From NCBI GenBank assembly GCA_964236955.1, contig CAXSGP010000013.1:1-43219 (forward strand): a stretch of 43,219 nucleotides of DNA, written 5' to 3'. Of this stretch, positions 1 to 9,664 are shown piece by piece (positions within the stretch are counted from its first letter, which is position 1; the number at the start of each line of letters is the position of its first letter). Position numbers and translations under genes: made by a program. This DNA comes from an uncultured Oligoflexus sp. (GTDB lineage: Bacteria; Bdellovibrionota_B; Oligoflexia; Oligoflexales; Oligoflexaceae). Below the pieces are notes generated by a model. The model was not told the origin of the DNA and searched no databases. It worked only from the letters and a program-made list of their open reading frames with translations.

Positions 1-96
1 AGCGAACGATTTGTTGACCTTCATATTGATATCGGCATAAAAGCTATGACCGACATCGAAGATAAAGGTGAGAAGATCAAACACTTCCGCTACTGA
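1..96 (+). CDS. 3' end of a gene entering from the left (partial, unidentified)
   Basis: Frame 1 is open from base 1 to TGA at 94-96 (SERFVDLHIDIGIKAMTDIEDKGEKIKHFRY*); no family recognised. Confidence 0.45.
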   Translation, partial: SERFVDLHIDIGIKAMTDIEDKGEKIKHFRY

Positions 97-208
97 TGGG
101 TAAGTCTCGGCGCCCCTGGGGGGCGGGTTGAATACGCCATAAAAATGGGACTGGGGAACGACAGACTAAGCCCTCTTTTTCTGAAGCTTTTGATGCGGTA
201 AATATGGC

Positions 209-395
209 ACTCTATAAACTGTGTTCGCAAGCGGATGGGCTGAAATCGTGTCCTTCCTTAAGAGTTGGCCGCTGTCAATGGCGAAGGCCCCCTTTCTCAA
301 TATACGGATGGATGGCCTGGACAATTATGACGATAGGCATAAATTCTAACCCAATGCTGCAGTTCAGAAAGTCTGGTGGGATTGCTTCTAGGAGT
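209..395 (+). ncRNA. ssrS: Probable 6S RNA
   Basis: ~187 nt intergenic stretch. The 5' TGTTCGCAAGCGG resembles the 5' part of E. coli 6S. The ends pair as a long rod: ACTC/GAGT, TTCGC/GTGGG, CGGAT/GTCTG, GGGCTG/CAGTTC. The 3' TTCTAAC..GTTCAGAA resembles the 6S TTGAAC..GTTCAA element. No covariance search was run. Confidence 0.58.
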
Positions 396-519
396 TTCCC
401 CCTATTTTGCGTAAAGTGCCGGCTATGCCGAAATTTTAAGAGACTGGAAAGTCCTTCGATGATTTCGTATAGCCCGGACCTGAGACGCTCGTGACACTAT
501 TAACAAAGGAACCCCGAAC

Positions 520-1395
520 ATGCTGGATCTCATTCCTACTATTCTTGGCGCGCTCGTTGCCATTCTACTCGTCTACGCCTTTGTCGTGAGAAAGAACTGG
601 CTGGAGGCCAAGGCTCTGCTTGCTGACACGACGATCCGTTATGAAGCCGCTCAGCAGCAGTTTCAAAAAAATGAGCAAAGCAGCAAGGCGCAGAAAGATC
701 AGATGGATAAGCTTCGGCAGCAGACGCTGAAAGCTGAAAAAGCCATGGAAGATAATAAAAACAAGAGCGGCGATGGCAAATTGGAAATCATTCGACTGCA
801 GACTGAATATGAGACAAAGCTCAAAAAATCAGAATCGCAGCGTGAGCATCTGCTGGAACAGGTGAGTGTGATGACTCAGCAGCTTTCGGAGGTCGTTCGC
901 GAGAAAAAGCAATTGCTGGAAGAACTCAATGTCCTTCGCCGTGAGGCGGATGACAAGATTCGTGAGCTGACAGAGCCAATGCGCACTCAGATCAGTGACC
1001 TTCAGAATCAGGTCCAGGCAGCGAAACGCGAGCGCAACAACGCGCTGACGGCTATGGATAAATTTAAGGCCGATTCCGGACTTGTCAAACCCGAGGAGCT
1101 CAAGCGCTGGCAGCTTAAGGTCGCGCGTTTGGAACAGCTCTATTCGAGCATGAAGGGTCTGCGTGAGATGGCGGAAGAACGCAATGAGAACTGGGAAACG
1201 GCGTTGCGCTTCTTTGCGGCTCACATTCTAGGCCAATCTTCGGAAGCGGCGGCCGATGGCAAAGCCAGTATTGGTGCGCTGGTCGGGGGCGCGCTTGAAA
1301 AAATCGGCGCAACGCTTGTCGACGACGATGCTCAGGAGGCGCCTTACGTCGCTGCCCCCAGCTCTTCCGAATTGACGGCAAATCATCTTTCATGA
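520..1395 (+). CDS. Membrane-anchored coiled-coil hypothetical protein
   Basis: RBS AAGGA; N-terminal TM helix then ~200 aa of E/K/Q-rich heptads; ATGA overlap with the next gene. Confidence 0.85.
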   Translation: MLDLIPTILGALVAILLVYAFVVRKNWLEAKALLADTTIRYEAAQQQFQKNEQSSKAQKDQMDKLRQQTLKAEKAMEDNKNKSGDGKLEIIRLQTEYETKLKKSESQREHLLEQVSVMTQQLSEVVREKKQLLEELNVLRREADDKIRELTEPMRTQISDLQNQVQAAKRERNNALTAMDKFKADSGLVKPEELKRWQLKVARLEQLYSSMKGLREMAEERNENWETALRFFAAHILGQSSEAAADGKASIGALVGGALEKIGATLVDDDAQEAPYVAAPSSSELTANHLS

Positions 1396-2096
1396 AAAAG
1401 CCGCTCGATTCCTTCATGGGTGAAGACGATGGGGTCTCCGACGCCTGGGGACTTCTCTCGGCACGGCTGAATGAATCGCGACGGACGCGCATGATGCAGA
1501 TCGTACTGGACCGGACGGCTTATCTGAGGCTTTGCCTTCAGGATGTCCACGATCCGCATAATATTGGCGCTTGTCTGCGAACGGCTGAAGCCAATGGCAT
1601 TCAATACTGTGACTTCGTCAATATCTATCAAAAGTTTGCCAAGACTTCGTCATCGGTTGCCCGGGGAGCCAATCACTGGCTCGATCTCTCCCGTTTTAAA
1701 AATCATCAGCTTTATGTCGCGGGTCTACGGCAGCGCGGTTACAAAATAGCGGCTGCCTACCCCACGCAATGCCCCTATGAGCTTGACACTCTGCCAATCG
1801 ACAGACCTCTGGCCATCGTCCTTGGCAATGAGGGTGAAGGGCTTCACGAATGTTGGGAGCCTCATGTCGACTATCGTTTTTCAATTCCCATGTATGGGAT
1901 GACCGAAAGCTACAATGTTTCCGTTTCAGCGGCTCTTATTCTCTACAGTCTTACGCAACGCTGCCGCAGGATGGTAGCTCCAGAGGAGTTTTTTCTCAAT
2001 GAGAAGGCCCAGCATGCTTTGTTAAATCGTTGGATGGCAAGGCACAGCCGTGCCCTTGAAAAAGAGTTGGAAAATCTGCGTCGCCTGAACAATTAA
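1392..2096 (+). CDS. trmH: SpoU/TrmH family tRNA (Gm18) 2'-O-methyltransferase
   Basis: SPOUT motifs DVHDPHNIGACLRTAEA, IVLGNEGEG, IPMYGMTESYNVSVSA. Confidence 0.9.
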   Translation: MKKPLDSFMGEDDGVSDAWGLLSARLNESRRTRMMQIVLDRTAYLRLCLQDVHDPHNIGACLRTAEANGIQYCDFVNIYQKFAKTSSSVARGANHWLDLSRFKNHQLYVAGLRQRGYKIAAAYPTQCPYELDTLPIDRPLAIVLGNEGEGLHECWEPHVDYRFSIPMYGMTESYNVSVSAALILYSLTQRCRRMVAPEEFFLNEKAQHALLNRWMARHSRALEKELENLRRLNN

Positions 2097-2120
2097 CCTG
2101 AGCCGTGGCCTCAGGCTTTT
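2097..2120 (+). terminator. Probable intrinsic terminator after trmH
   Basis: CCTGAG-N7-CTCAGG followed by CTTTT immediately after the stop. Confidence 0.55.
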
Positions 2121-2532
2121 GAAGACAGCGTGACTTTGGACGGACAGGGATTTTGCCCGCTTGATACGGAAGGTCATGATCAGGCCTTTAAATAATTGTT
2201 AAAACCCATCACTTATAGTAATGAAACCAAGTCCCAATTGACTGATGCAGGACTCTTCCCATCGCCATCTGTGCCGAAGCGATGACGTGCGGATGCACGC
2301 AGGGAAGGCCTATTCAAAAAATTGCAGAATCTGAAAGTGACCGCAGTTACTTTTCCGCTTATGATCAATCCTGTCCGGAAATGCTTCCTAAAGCTGTGAC
2401 CCCGGGCCGGTCGGCTTGGTCTCTAGCGGCTGAAGCGTGCCGGCAAGAGAACCCGGAGACCGAGTTGTTCAGGTCTTGAGCCTCACATATGATACTGCGT
2501 TGGTCTGAGTGTGTTTAAAGGAAGCGAATACT

Positions 2533-3282
2533 GTGAAAGCAAGGCTGATAATTTTACTTTGTCTGGTATCGGCGCTGTCGGCCTGTGTGACCTCATCGCC
2601 TGCAAAATACGGCGTACAGGCGAATCACCTTGCCCATATCCCAGCGCGTATTGCCGTTCTGCCCTGTGCCCTGTGGCCACAGGGAGCCCTTTATGCAGGT
2701 CAATCCAAGACGGAAATGCCCGCGACAGAAATTACAGAATTCTGCAGCAAGTTCGACAAATTCGTTTTGGCCGGATTTGAAGGTCAACCGTATGTGCGGG
2801 GTCTGGCACCGGCCGTGGTGAAGCAGCTACTCAAAAGACAGTCCAATCTTGCCCAACTTGAGCAGTTGGAACCGCTCTGGTTTCGTCCGACTCTTGCCTG
2901 CGCATCCTGTAAGGACCCTTTGGCCTATTACAAAGACGTCCTTGCAGGGCGTGAGGACTGGCGCCAGTGGTTGAGTGGGATAAGCCGCGAAACGACCAGC
3001 AGTGATGCCGTTTTAATTCCCTTTCTTGCTGAGGCCAGGGGTGAGGTCATCGATGATAGAGGGCTATACTTCGCCCAGCGAACCGCGAAAATCGTCCTGC
3101 TGCTCATCGACAGCAACAATGGTGAACTGATATGGATCGGCACCAAACAGGGCGAGCTGCGTCTGCCGCTCGATAAAAAACCCGCCGATCCAAAATCCGT
3201 GGCCTTACCCAGCTGGGATGAACTCAATGCCAGGATATTTGTCCCGGAGCTCTGGGCGGAGTTTCCGGGCCGCCAGGGGTGA
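2533..3282 (+). CDS. Hypothetical lipoprotein
   Basis: GTG at 2533 after AAGGAAG; signal peptide with lipobox LSAC; RIAVLP near the N-terminus; internal CASC. Confidence 0.8.
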   Translation: MKARLIILLCLVSALSACVTSSPAKYGVQANHLAHIPARIAVLPCALWPQGALYAGQSKTEMPATEITEFCSKFDKFVLAGFEGQPYVRGLAPAVVKQLLKRQSNLAQLEQLEPLWFRPTLACASCKDPLAYYKDVLAGREDWRQWLSGISRETTSSDAVLIPFLAEARGEVIDDRGLYFAQRTAKIVLLLIDSNNGELIWIGTKQGELRLPLDKKPADPKSVALPSWDELNARIFVPELWAEFPGRQG

Positions 3283-3652
3283 ATTGTAGACCGCTCATTT
3301 TTCATGACTAAGCTGAGGTAAAGTCCAAGGGCAAGGCCTTCAGGGCCATCATCAAGATCACGCTAAAGGCCAAGGTTAAGTCGATGGCTAAGGCCATGCA
3401 AAGGACATCATTAGCCATTGAGCAAGCGTTACCTTTACAGATCCAAGGGCCCTCCGATCCATAAGTCATCTTTTTTGAGGATGGCCAACGTTGGCGAAGC
3501 CACACGTCAACAGCCCTAATCTTATAAAAATGCTCAGGTATTTATAAGTTAGCCGCCTAAAGCTGCCGGGACTAAAGCCCTCGTAGGCAACATCTACCTC
3601 ATGGGTGACTGCTATTCTTTTATTGGAATCAGAAACAATGAGGGAACACACC

Positions 3653-3871
3653 ATGCGCTACATCTTGGCTTTGCAACTCATCGCTATTCTATTAACAAGC
3701 TCTTGTGCAGGGATGGGTGACAGTGGTAGCTCTCATCCGAACGGCAATGAGAATGGTTCCAACCCTATTAATCCAACGGAAGATCGCAATTATAAACGGG
3801 CTATCAGTAAATGCTATAAAACCGGTGGATCCCGCGTCGTGAAAATTGAAGGCCAGCTCATGTGCTATTAG
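3653..3871 (+). CDS. Small lipoprotein (72 aa)
   Basis: RBS GAGGGA, ATG 3653; hydrophobic signal ending LTSSC; G/S/N linker; C-terminal Cys pair (CYKTGGSRVVKIEGQLMCY). Confidence 0.75.
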   Translation: MRYILALQLIAILLTSSCAGMGDSGSSHPNGNENGSNPINPTEDRNYKRAISKCYKTGGSRVVKIEGQLMCY

Positions 3872-4032
3872 GCACAGGGCAAAAAAGTTAAGTCTAGGCT
3901 CTTCAAGCGGGGAATGGCACCTTCTCGACATAGCAAGTCGATTCTTAACACATTGACATCACGAAATTCACTAAGCCTTGCGAAATAGTCCGCCAATTCT
4001 GCAAAAAAAAGCTTCCCCTTGTCCGCCTTCGC

Positions 4033-4060
4033 TTGCCAAATCTAGCCGATCCAGTATCAT
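4033..4060 (+). promoter_or_regulatory. Putative sigma70 promoter of the ndk operon
   Basis: TTGCCA-N16-TATCAT, 66 nt upstream of the ndk start. Confidence 0.5.
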
Positions 4061-4126
4061 TTAGAGCGTTTTTTCCTTTCTTGAGGAAAGCTTACATCTC
4101 TATCGTTTTCACTGGAGGAACCCACT

Positions 4127-4546
4127 TTGGCTAAAGAATACACCCTCTCTATCATCAAGCCTGATGGTGTTGAGCGAAATCTGCTTGGCAAAATCGTCAC
4201 TCTTTTTGAAGCTCAAGGCCTGGCCGTTGCCGGAATCAAAAAGATCCAGCTCGCACGCAAAGTCGCAGAAGAATTTTACGGCGAACACCGGGAACGGGGA
4301 TTCTTCGGTGAGCTTGTCGACTTCATGGTTCGTAGCCCTGTCGTTGTAATCGCTCTGCATGGCGACAATGCGATTCAGAAAAACCGTGATATCATGGGCG
4401 CTACCAACCCGGCACAGGCCGCAGAAGGTACCGTTCGTAAGCTTTTCGCAAAATCTATCGGTGAAAACACAGTTCACGGATCAGACTCTGCCAAGGCCTC
4501 GGCACGAGAAGTCGCTTTCTTCTTTGCCGCTAGTGAACTTCTCTAA
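4127..4546 (+). CDS. ndk: Nucleoside diphosphate kinase
   Basis: TLSIIKPDG, IMGATNP, catalytic NTVHGSDS; RBS GGAGG with TTG start. Confidence 0.97.
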   Translation: MAKEYTLSIIKPDGVERNLLGKIVTLFEAQGLAVAGIKKIQLARKVAEEFYGEHRERGFFGELVDFMVRSPVVVIALHGDNAIQKNRDIMGATNPAQAAEGTVRKLFAKSIGENTVHGSDSAKASAREVAFFFAASELL

Positions 4547-4569
4547 TTGCTAATACTGGAGCGGATCTT

Positions 4570-7056
4570 ATGATCAATCTCGTCGCTAAAATCTCAGCTG
4601 AACTCGGTTTGAAGGAATTTCAAGTTCACAACTCTGTTAAACTTTTGTTTGAAGAAGAGTGCACCATCCCCTTCGTGGCACGTTACCGCAAAGAACAGAC
4701 CGGCAGTATTGATGAAGTCGCACTGCGAGACATCCGGGACCGCTTCAATTATCTGACTGAACTTGAAACGAACAAAGTCAAATACCTGAAGGTCGTCGAA
4801 GAACACTGCAAAAAAAGCCCTGAACTCATGGCCAAATTCCCTGAGCTCAAAGCCAAATTCGAAAAGACCGAGACCAAGCAGGAACTCGAAGATCTCTATC
4901 TTCCCTTCAAACCAAAGCGCCGCACCCGCGCTCAGATCGCCAAGGAAAAAGGCCTCGAGCCCTTGCTCGATAAAATCCTGGCCGAAGCGGCCAGTATCAC
5001 CGATCTTCTGGCAGTGGCAAGACCTTTTGTCACGGCAGCCGATTCCACCATCGATCCTGCGCTTAAAGTCGCCGATGAGAAAGCCGCCCTTGCCGGTGCT
5101 GCCGACATCTTCGCGGAACGCACCGCTGAAACGGCTGAACTGCGGGCGCTGGTTCGTCAGATCTCGCAGGACAGCGGTGTCCTGGTCTCAAAGAAGATCG
5201 AAGGCGCGGAAACTTTGGGCGAAGACGGCACCGTTATCGCTGCCCCCAAAGATAAAAAACACAAAAAAACCGATCCCACCAAATATCAAAACTACTTTGA
5301 TTACCGCGAACCGATCAGCAAAGCCGCTTCCCACCGTGTCATGGCCGTCCGCCGCGGCGAAGCTGAAAAAGTTCTGCGCGTCGCCATCGACGTCGATGTC
5401 GAAAGAATCGTCAGCGATCTCCGCAGCTCGGCCCTCACCGGTCGCAGCATGAGCCCGGACGTCAAAGACTGGCTGAACAGCGTAATCGATGACTCCTATC
5501 GTCGCCTGCTCAGCCCTTCGATTGAGACCGAACTTCGCCTGCAGTTGAAACAAACCGCGGAAACCGAAGCGATCCGGGTCTTCTCGGAAAACCTCGAAAA
5601 TCTCCTGCTTTTGCCGCCGATACCCAATCATGTGGTCATGGGCGTCGATCCGGGTCTGCGCACGGGCTGCAAGTTTGCCATCATCAACGAGACGGGTAAA
5701 TTGCTGCATAATACGACTCTGATGACCGACCTCGGTGACCGTGAAACGAATAAGACAGCTGTCGCCAAAGGCGAAGTCCTGCGTATGCTCAAGGAATACG
5801 ATGTTAAATACATCGCCGTGGGCAACGGTACCGGTAGCCGCGAAATCATGCGTCTGATCGCTTCGGTCATGAAAGAAAACGATCTTAAAGACATCAAACG
5901 TCTGGTGGTGAATGAGGCTGGTGCTTCCGTCTATTCCACGATGGATATCGCCCGCGAGGAATTCCCCGATCTTGATCCGACCATTCGCAGTGCCGTAAGC
6001 ATCGCGCGTCGACTCCAGGATCCCCTGGCCGAACTTGTCAAGATCGATCCACGCTCCATCGGCGTTGGCCAGTACCAGCACGACGTGAACGTCACGAAAT
6101 TGAAAACAAGCCTTGAGGAAGTGGTGGAAAGCTGCGTCAACCGCGTTGGCGTCAACATCAATACAGCTTCCTATAAACTCCTGAGCTATGTCTCGGGAAT
6201 CGGCGGCACCCTTGCCAAGAGCATCGTCGCCAAACGCGATAAAGACGGCAAATTTATGTCGCGAAAAGACCTGACCAGCGTCAGCGGTCTCGGCCCCAAA
6301 GTATTCCAGCAGGCGGCAGGTTTCCTTCGGGTGCCGGAATCGGTCAACCCGCTCGATAACTCTTCGGTTCACCCTGAGACCTATGAAACCCTGGCGCAAA
6401 TCGCTAAGGATCAAAACAAAGACATCAAAGACATCATCGGTAACAAAGCCATTGTCGAGGCCATTCCTCTTGAGCGCTATGTCAGCGATAAAGTCGGCAT
6501 GCCGACCCTTCGCGATATCGCTGCAGAATTGATCAAGCCAGGCCGTGACCCGCGGGAAGACGGCGCCCGTCTTATGTATTCGGACGATGTTGCGGAAATC
6601 GAAGATCTTAAGGTCGGCATGATACTTCCAGGTACCGTGACCAATGTCACGAACTTCGGGGCTTTCGTTGATATCGGTGTCCACCAGGACGGTCTCGTTC
6701 ATATCAGTGAGCTGGCCGATCATTTCGTCGATGATCCAGCAAAGGTCGTTGCGGTTGGCGAAGTTATTCAAATCCGCGTCATCGAAGTCGATATCCAGCG
6801 TCGCCGTATCGGCCTGAGCCGTCGCCTGGAAGGCAACAAACCTCAGCAAACCGCTGCTGTTCAAGCACCGGCCCGCGAAGGGGCGCAAAGCGCACAGCGG
6901 CCGACGCTGTCCGCAAACAGCGCCCGTGGACCTTTGAAAGCTCGTCAAGACCAGGGCGGAAGTTCGGCGCGCGGTTCGTCCTCGCAAGCGCCGGCGAATC
7001 CCAGCCAGAAATTTACTATGGACGATCTTCTGAACAAGTTTAATCAAAGGAAGTAA
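4570..7056 (+). CDS. tex: Tex family RNA-binding transcriptional accessory protein
   Basis: TIPFVARYRKE, YqgF-like MGVDPGLRTGCK, VNEAGASVYS, IGVGQYQHD, HhH repeats, S1 domain NFGAFVDIGVHQDGLVHIS. Confidence 0.96.
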   Translation: MINLVAKISAELGLKEFQVHNSVKLLFEEECTIPFVARYRKEQTGSIDEVALRDIRDRFNYLTELETNKVKYLKVVEEHCKKSPELMAKFPELKAKFEKTETKQELEDLYLPFKPKRRTRAQIAKEKGLEPLLDKILAEAASITDLLAVARPFVTAADSTIDPALKVADEKAALAGAADIFAERTAETAELRALVRQISQDSGVLVSKKIEGAETLGEDGTVIAAPKDKKHKKTDPTKYQNYFDYREPISKAASHRVMAVRRGEAEKVLRVAIDVDVERIVSDLRSSALTGRSMSPDVKDWLNSVIDDSYRRLLSPSIETELRLQLKQTAETEAIRVFSENLENLLLLPPIPNHVVMGVDPGLRTGCKFAIINETGKLLHNTTLMTDLGDRETNKTAVAKGEVLRMLKEYDVKYIAVGNGTGSREIMRLIASVMKENDLKDIKRLVVNEAGASVYSTMDIAREEFPDLDPTIRSAVSIARRLQDPLAELVKIDPRSIGVGQYQHDVNVTKLKTSLEEVVESCVNRVGVNINTASYKLLSYVSGIGGTLAKSIVAKRDKDGKFMSRKDLTSVSGLGPKVFQQAAGFLRVPESVNPLDNSSVHPETYETLAQIAKDQNKDIKDIIGNKAIVEAIPLERYVSDKVGMPTLRDIAAELIKPGRDPREDGARLMYSDDVAEIEDLKVGMILPGTVTNVTNFGAFVDIGVHQDGLVHISELADHFVDDPAKVVAVGEVIQIRVIEVDIQRRRIGLSRRLEGNKPQQTAAVQAPAREGAQSAQRPTLSANSARGPLKARQDQGGSSARGSSSQAPANPSQKFTMDDLLNKFNQRK

Positions 7057-7059
7057 GTG

Positions 7060-7938
7060 ATGGCGGTTAGCCTTCCTGTAAAACTCGGCATTATTGGCGG
7101 CTCTGGCATTTATCAGATGCCAGGCGTGGAAGTCGTTCAGGAACATGCGATCCGTACCCCTTTTGGTGAACCGAGCGATGGGATCATCGAGGGCAAGCTC
7201 CATGGCCGTACGGTTTATTTCCTTCCCCGGCATGGCAAAGGCCATCGTTTTACGCCGTCGGAGGTCAATTATCGGGCCAATATCTATGCCTTGAAATCAT
7301 TCGGCGTAACCCATGTGCTGGCAGTGAGTGCCGTCGGCATCATGAAAGAGCACATTTCGCCCGGCGATATGGTGATCCCCGATCAGATCTTCGATCGAAC
7401 CAAAGGCAAACGCGCCGAGACCTTCTTCGGTGAGGGCATCGTGGGTCACTTTGAATTTGCCGATCCCTTCGATGCGGATTTTTGTGGCTGGATAGAGAAG
7501 GCTGCACGATCGATTACCGACCGCGTGCATCTCGGTGGTGCCTATGTGTGTATGGAAGGCCCTGCGTTTTCCACTCGTGCGGAATCGCGCCACTATCGTG
7601 AGACGCTGCGCCCGGCTGTAATCGGCATGACGGCGATCCCAGAGGCCAAACTCGCGCGTGAAGCCGAGATGTGTTACGGCATGCTGGCTTTAGCTACCGA
7701 TTACGATTGCTGGCACGAAGGCGAAGAGGATGTATCGGTGGAAGCGGTCCTTGCCGTGCTAAAGAGCAACGGTGAAAAAGCCAATAACATCGTCAAGGCT
7801 CTTGTGAAGAATCTGCCTGAGCAGCACGAGAGCCGCATTTTCAGTCTTGGTAGTTTTGCAATCATGACCGCGCGGGAACTGATTCCCCAGCATAGAAAAG
7901 AAGCCCTGGCCCTCTTATGGGGTAAATACCTTGGCTGA
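7060..7938 (+). CDS. mtnP: S-methyl-5'-thioadenosine phosphorylase
   Basis: GIIGGSG, RHGKGH, EGPAFSTRAES, GMT, TDYDCW; start is ATG 7060 or GTG 7057. Confidence 0.93.
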   Translation: MAVSLPVKLGIIGGSGIYQMPGVEVVQEHAIRTPFGEPSDGIIEGKLHGRTVYFLPRHGKGHRFTPSEVNYRANIYALKSFGVTHVLAVSAVGIMKEHISPGDMVIPDQIFDRTKGKRAETFFGEGIVGHFEFADPFDADFCGWIEKAARSITDRVHLGGAYVCMEGPAFSTRAESRHYRETLRPAVIGMTAIPEAKLAREAEMCYGMLALATDYDCWHEGEEDVSVEAVLAVLKSNGEKANNIVKALVKNLPEQHESRIFSLGSFAIMTARELIPQHRKEALALLWGKYLG

Positions 7939-8383
7939 GGCCGGAATTATAAAGGGGAGCCTGCTGCTCCCCATTTATTACGAAGACACCGACCTTTCCG
8001 GTTTCGTTTTTCACGCCAACTATCTGAAGTTTTTTGATCGGGCCCGCGAGCAGGTGATTGGGGTCCGTTTTCTAAGAGAGCTTTATGATCAGGGCGCCCA
8101 CTTTGTGGTTCACAAGGCAAACCTGGAATACAAAACCCCTGTTCGCTACGGTGATCAGCTTCTGATCGAAACGTCGGGGGCCTATTCCCGATCACCCGCT
8201 ATGAATTTTGAACAATATGCTTACGTAATCCTCGAAAATGGCCAGAAGCGTCTCGCTGTCCTCGGCCAGGTCAGCATCGTTATTTTGGGTGCCGAACATA
8301 AACCCATCCGCATGCCTGATGTCATTATTCAAACATTCGCTGCCCAAAGGCATGAAACCCTTGACCTCAGCGGCTACCGCTAA
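7931..8383 (+). CDS. YbgC/FadM-type hot-dog acyl-CoA thioesterase
   Basis: YYEDTDLSGFVFHANYLKFFDRAR signature. Confidence 0.88.
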   Translation: MAEAGIIKGSLLLPIYYEDTDLSGFVFHANYLKFFDRAREQVIGVRFLRELYDQGAHFVVHKANLEYKTPVRYGDQLLIETSGAYSRSPAMNFEQYAYVILENGQKRLAVLGQVSIVILGAEHKPIRMPDVIIQTFAAQRHETLDLSGYR

Positions 8384-9598
8384 GTGTTAGAGAGTCGTTA
8401 TACCCAGCTGGTCGCCTTCCTTAAAGCCCATGAAGGGCTATGGCTGTCTCCCATTCTACCTTGCTGGCCGGCGTCGCGGGCCGGTTTTCCCGAGCCCTGG
8501 CTCGCCTATGTCAGCACCCTTTTGATCGAGGATCAAAGAGCCTTTGAAAATGGGCAGTTGATTGCGGGAATGCCCGACGGCCTGGCACAGATCATTCACC
8601 AGGCAGCCGGCCACTGCAAGATCGAGACCTTTGAGGAATGCTGGCCGCTCAACAGCCAGGACGTACAGGGGCTCACCCTCAAAAAACAGCATGAAATCAG
8701 CCGCCTTTTAGCTTTTTTGGCTTGCGAAACCCAATCGGTGACTCACGCCGTTGACATCGGCGGAGGAATGGGACATCTGGCCCGGCTATGCGTGAAGTAT
8801 TTTCAATGGGACTTTCATTCTATCGATCGCGATCGCGCGCTCCAGGACAAGGGGCGGTGGTGGATTAAACGCCGCCGGGATGGGGACAGGGAGCGTCTGA
8901 AATTTGTGCTTGCGGAGCTGTCAAACCAGGCAAATCCCGAGATCGACGGACTCCTTGCCTTAAAACAAACCTTATCGCTTGGTCTGCATACCTGTGGAGC
9001 CTTGGCTCTAAATCAGTTCCAAAGGAGCCTGCGGTCCGAGGTGATCATAAATTTCGGCTGTTGCTTTGATAAGATGGATCCTGCAAGCGACCTCAATCGC
9101 TCGCAGCTCGCGCAAAGGCTTAATTTACCTTGGTCGCAGGCTGCTCTTTTTCTTGCCACCCGCAGTCGGCAGGGTCTGACCCGTGAAGAATTCGCCCTGC
9201 TGCGCCGTGTCAACGACTATCGCTTTGCCTTGGATCTTTGGTTTCGACGCCACTATCCAGAGCGGGGATTCGTCGTCGCTGGAGACGCACCAAAAGCCCT
9301 TTATGCCCAAGATTTTGCCAGCTACGCCCACGATCGATTGACCAAATTGAAGATGCCGCATAACTTCACGGCTCATGATTTCTCAATATTTTATGAAGAC
9401 GACATAATACAAAAGGATATTGCCGCTCTATTCGCCGCGCATTTGATTCGGGATCTCATGGCCCGCCCCCTGGAATTAGCGATTCTGCTTGATCGTGGCC
9501 TGTGGCTTGCTGAGCAAGGACTCGAAGTTCGTCTCATTGAAATATTCGATCGCAGGCAGTCACCGCGCAATATCGCTATTATTGCCAGACCATCCTAA
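8384..9598 (+). CDS. Class I SAM-dependent methyltransferase (Methyltransf_32/RRNAD1-like)
   Basis: KKQHEI, VDIGGGMGHL, GLHTCGAL, FGCCF and C-terminal SPRN. Confidence 0.82.
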   Translation: MLESRYTQLVAFLKAHEGLWLSPILPCWPASRAGFPEPWLAYVSTLLIEDQRAFENGQLIAGMPDGLAQIIHQAAGHCKIETFEECWPLNSQDVQGLTLKKQHEISRLLAFLACETQSVTHAVDIGGGMGHLARLCVKYFQWDFHSIDRDRALQDKGRWWIKRRRDGDRERLKFVLAELSNQANPEIDGLLALKQTLSLGLHTCGALALNQFQRSLRSEVIINFGCCFDKMDPASDLNRSQLAQRLNLPWSQAALFLATRSRQGLTREEFALLRRVNDYRFALDLWFRRHYPERGFVVAGDAPKALYAQDFASYAHDRLTKLKMPHNFTAHDFSIFYEDDIIQKDIAALFAAHLIRDLMARPLELAILLDRGLWLAEQGLEVRLIEIFDRRQSPRNIAIIARPS

Positions 9599-9664
9599 GC
9601 TCAACCCTTATTGAGGCTGGTTTTCTGATTAAATCCGGACTGAGGCCCAGGATATTCCCAAAAC

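Noticed and set aside
412..435. TAAA..GCCGAAAT as a sigma28 promoter
   Set aside because: Spacer is 11 nt rather than 15
204..494. 96-aa ORF
   Set aside because: No RBS or recognisable protein features, and it overlaps the better-supported 6S-like RNA
2371..2383. 13-bp match (CTGTCCGGAAATG) to the element's terminal repeat
   Set aside because: No partner inverted repeat or internal similarity follows; compatible with chance
3553..3592. AAAGCTGCCGGGACTAAAG resembling P2 of a c-di-GMP-I riboswitch
   Set aside because: The GGCAAA/GNRA P1 element is missing and the pairing is weak
5188..7245. 685-aa antisense ORF
   Set aside because: Shadow frame of tex and mtnP caused by codon bias; no motifs
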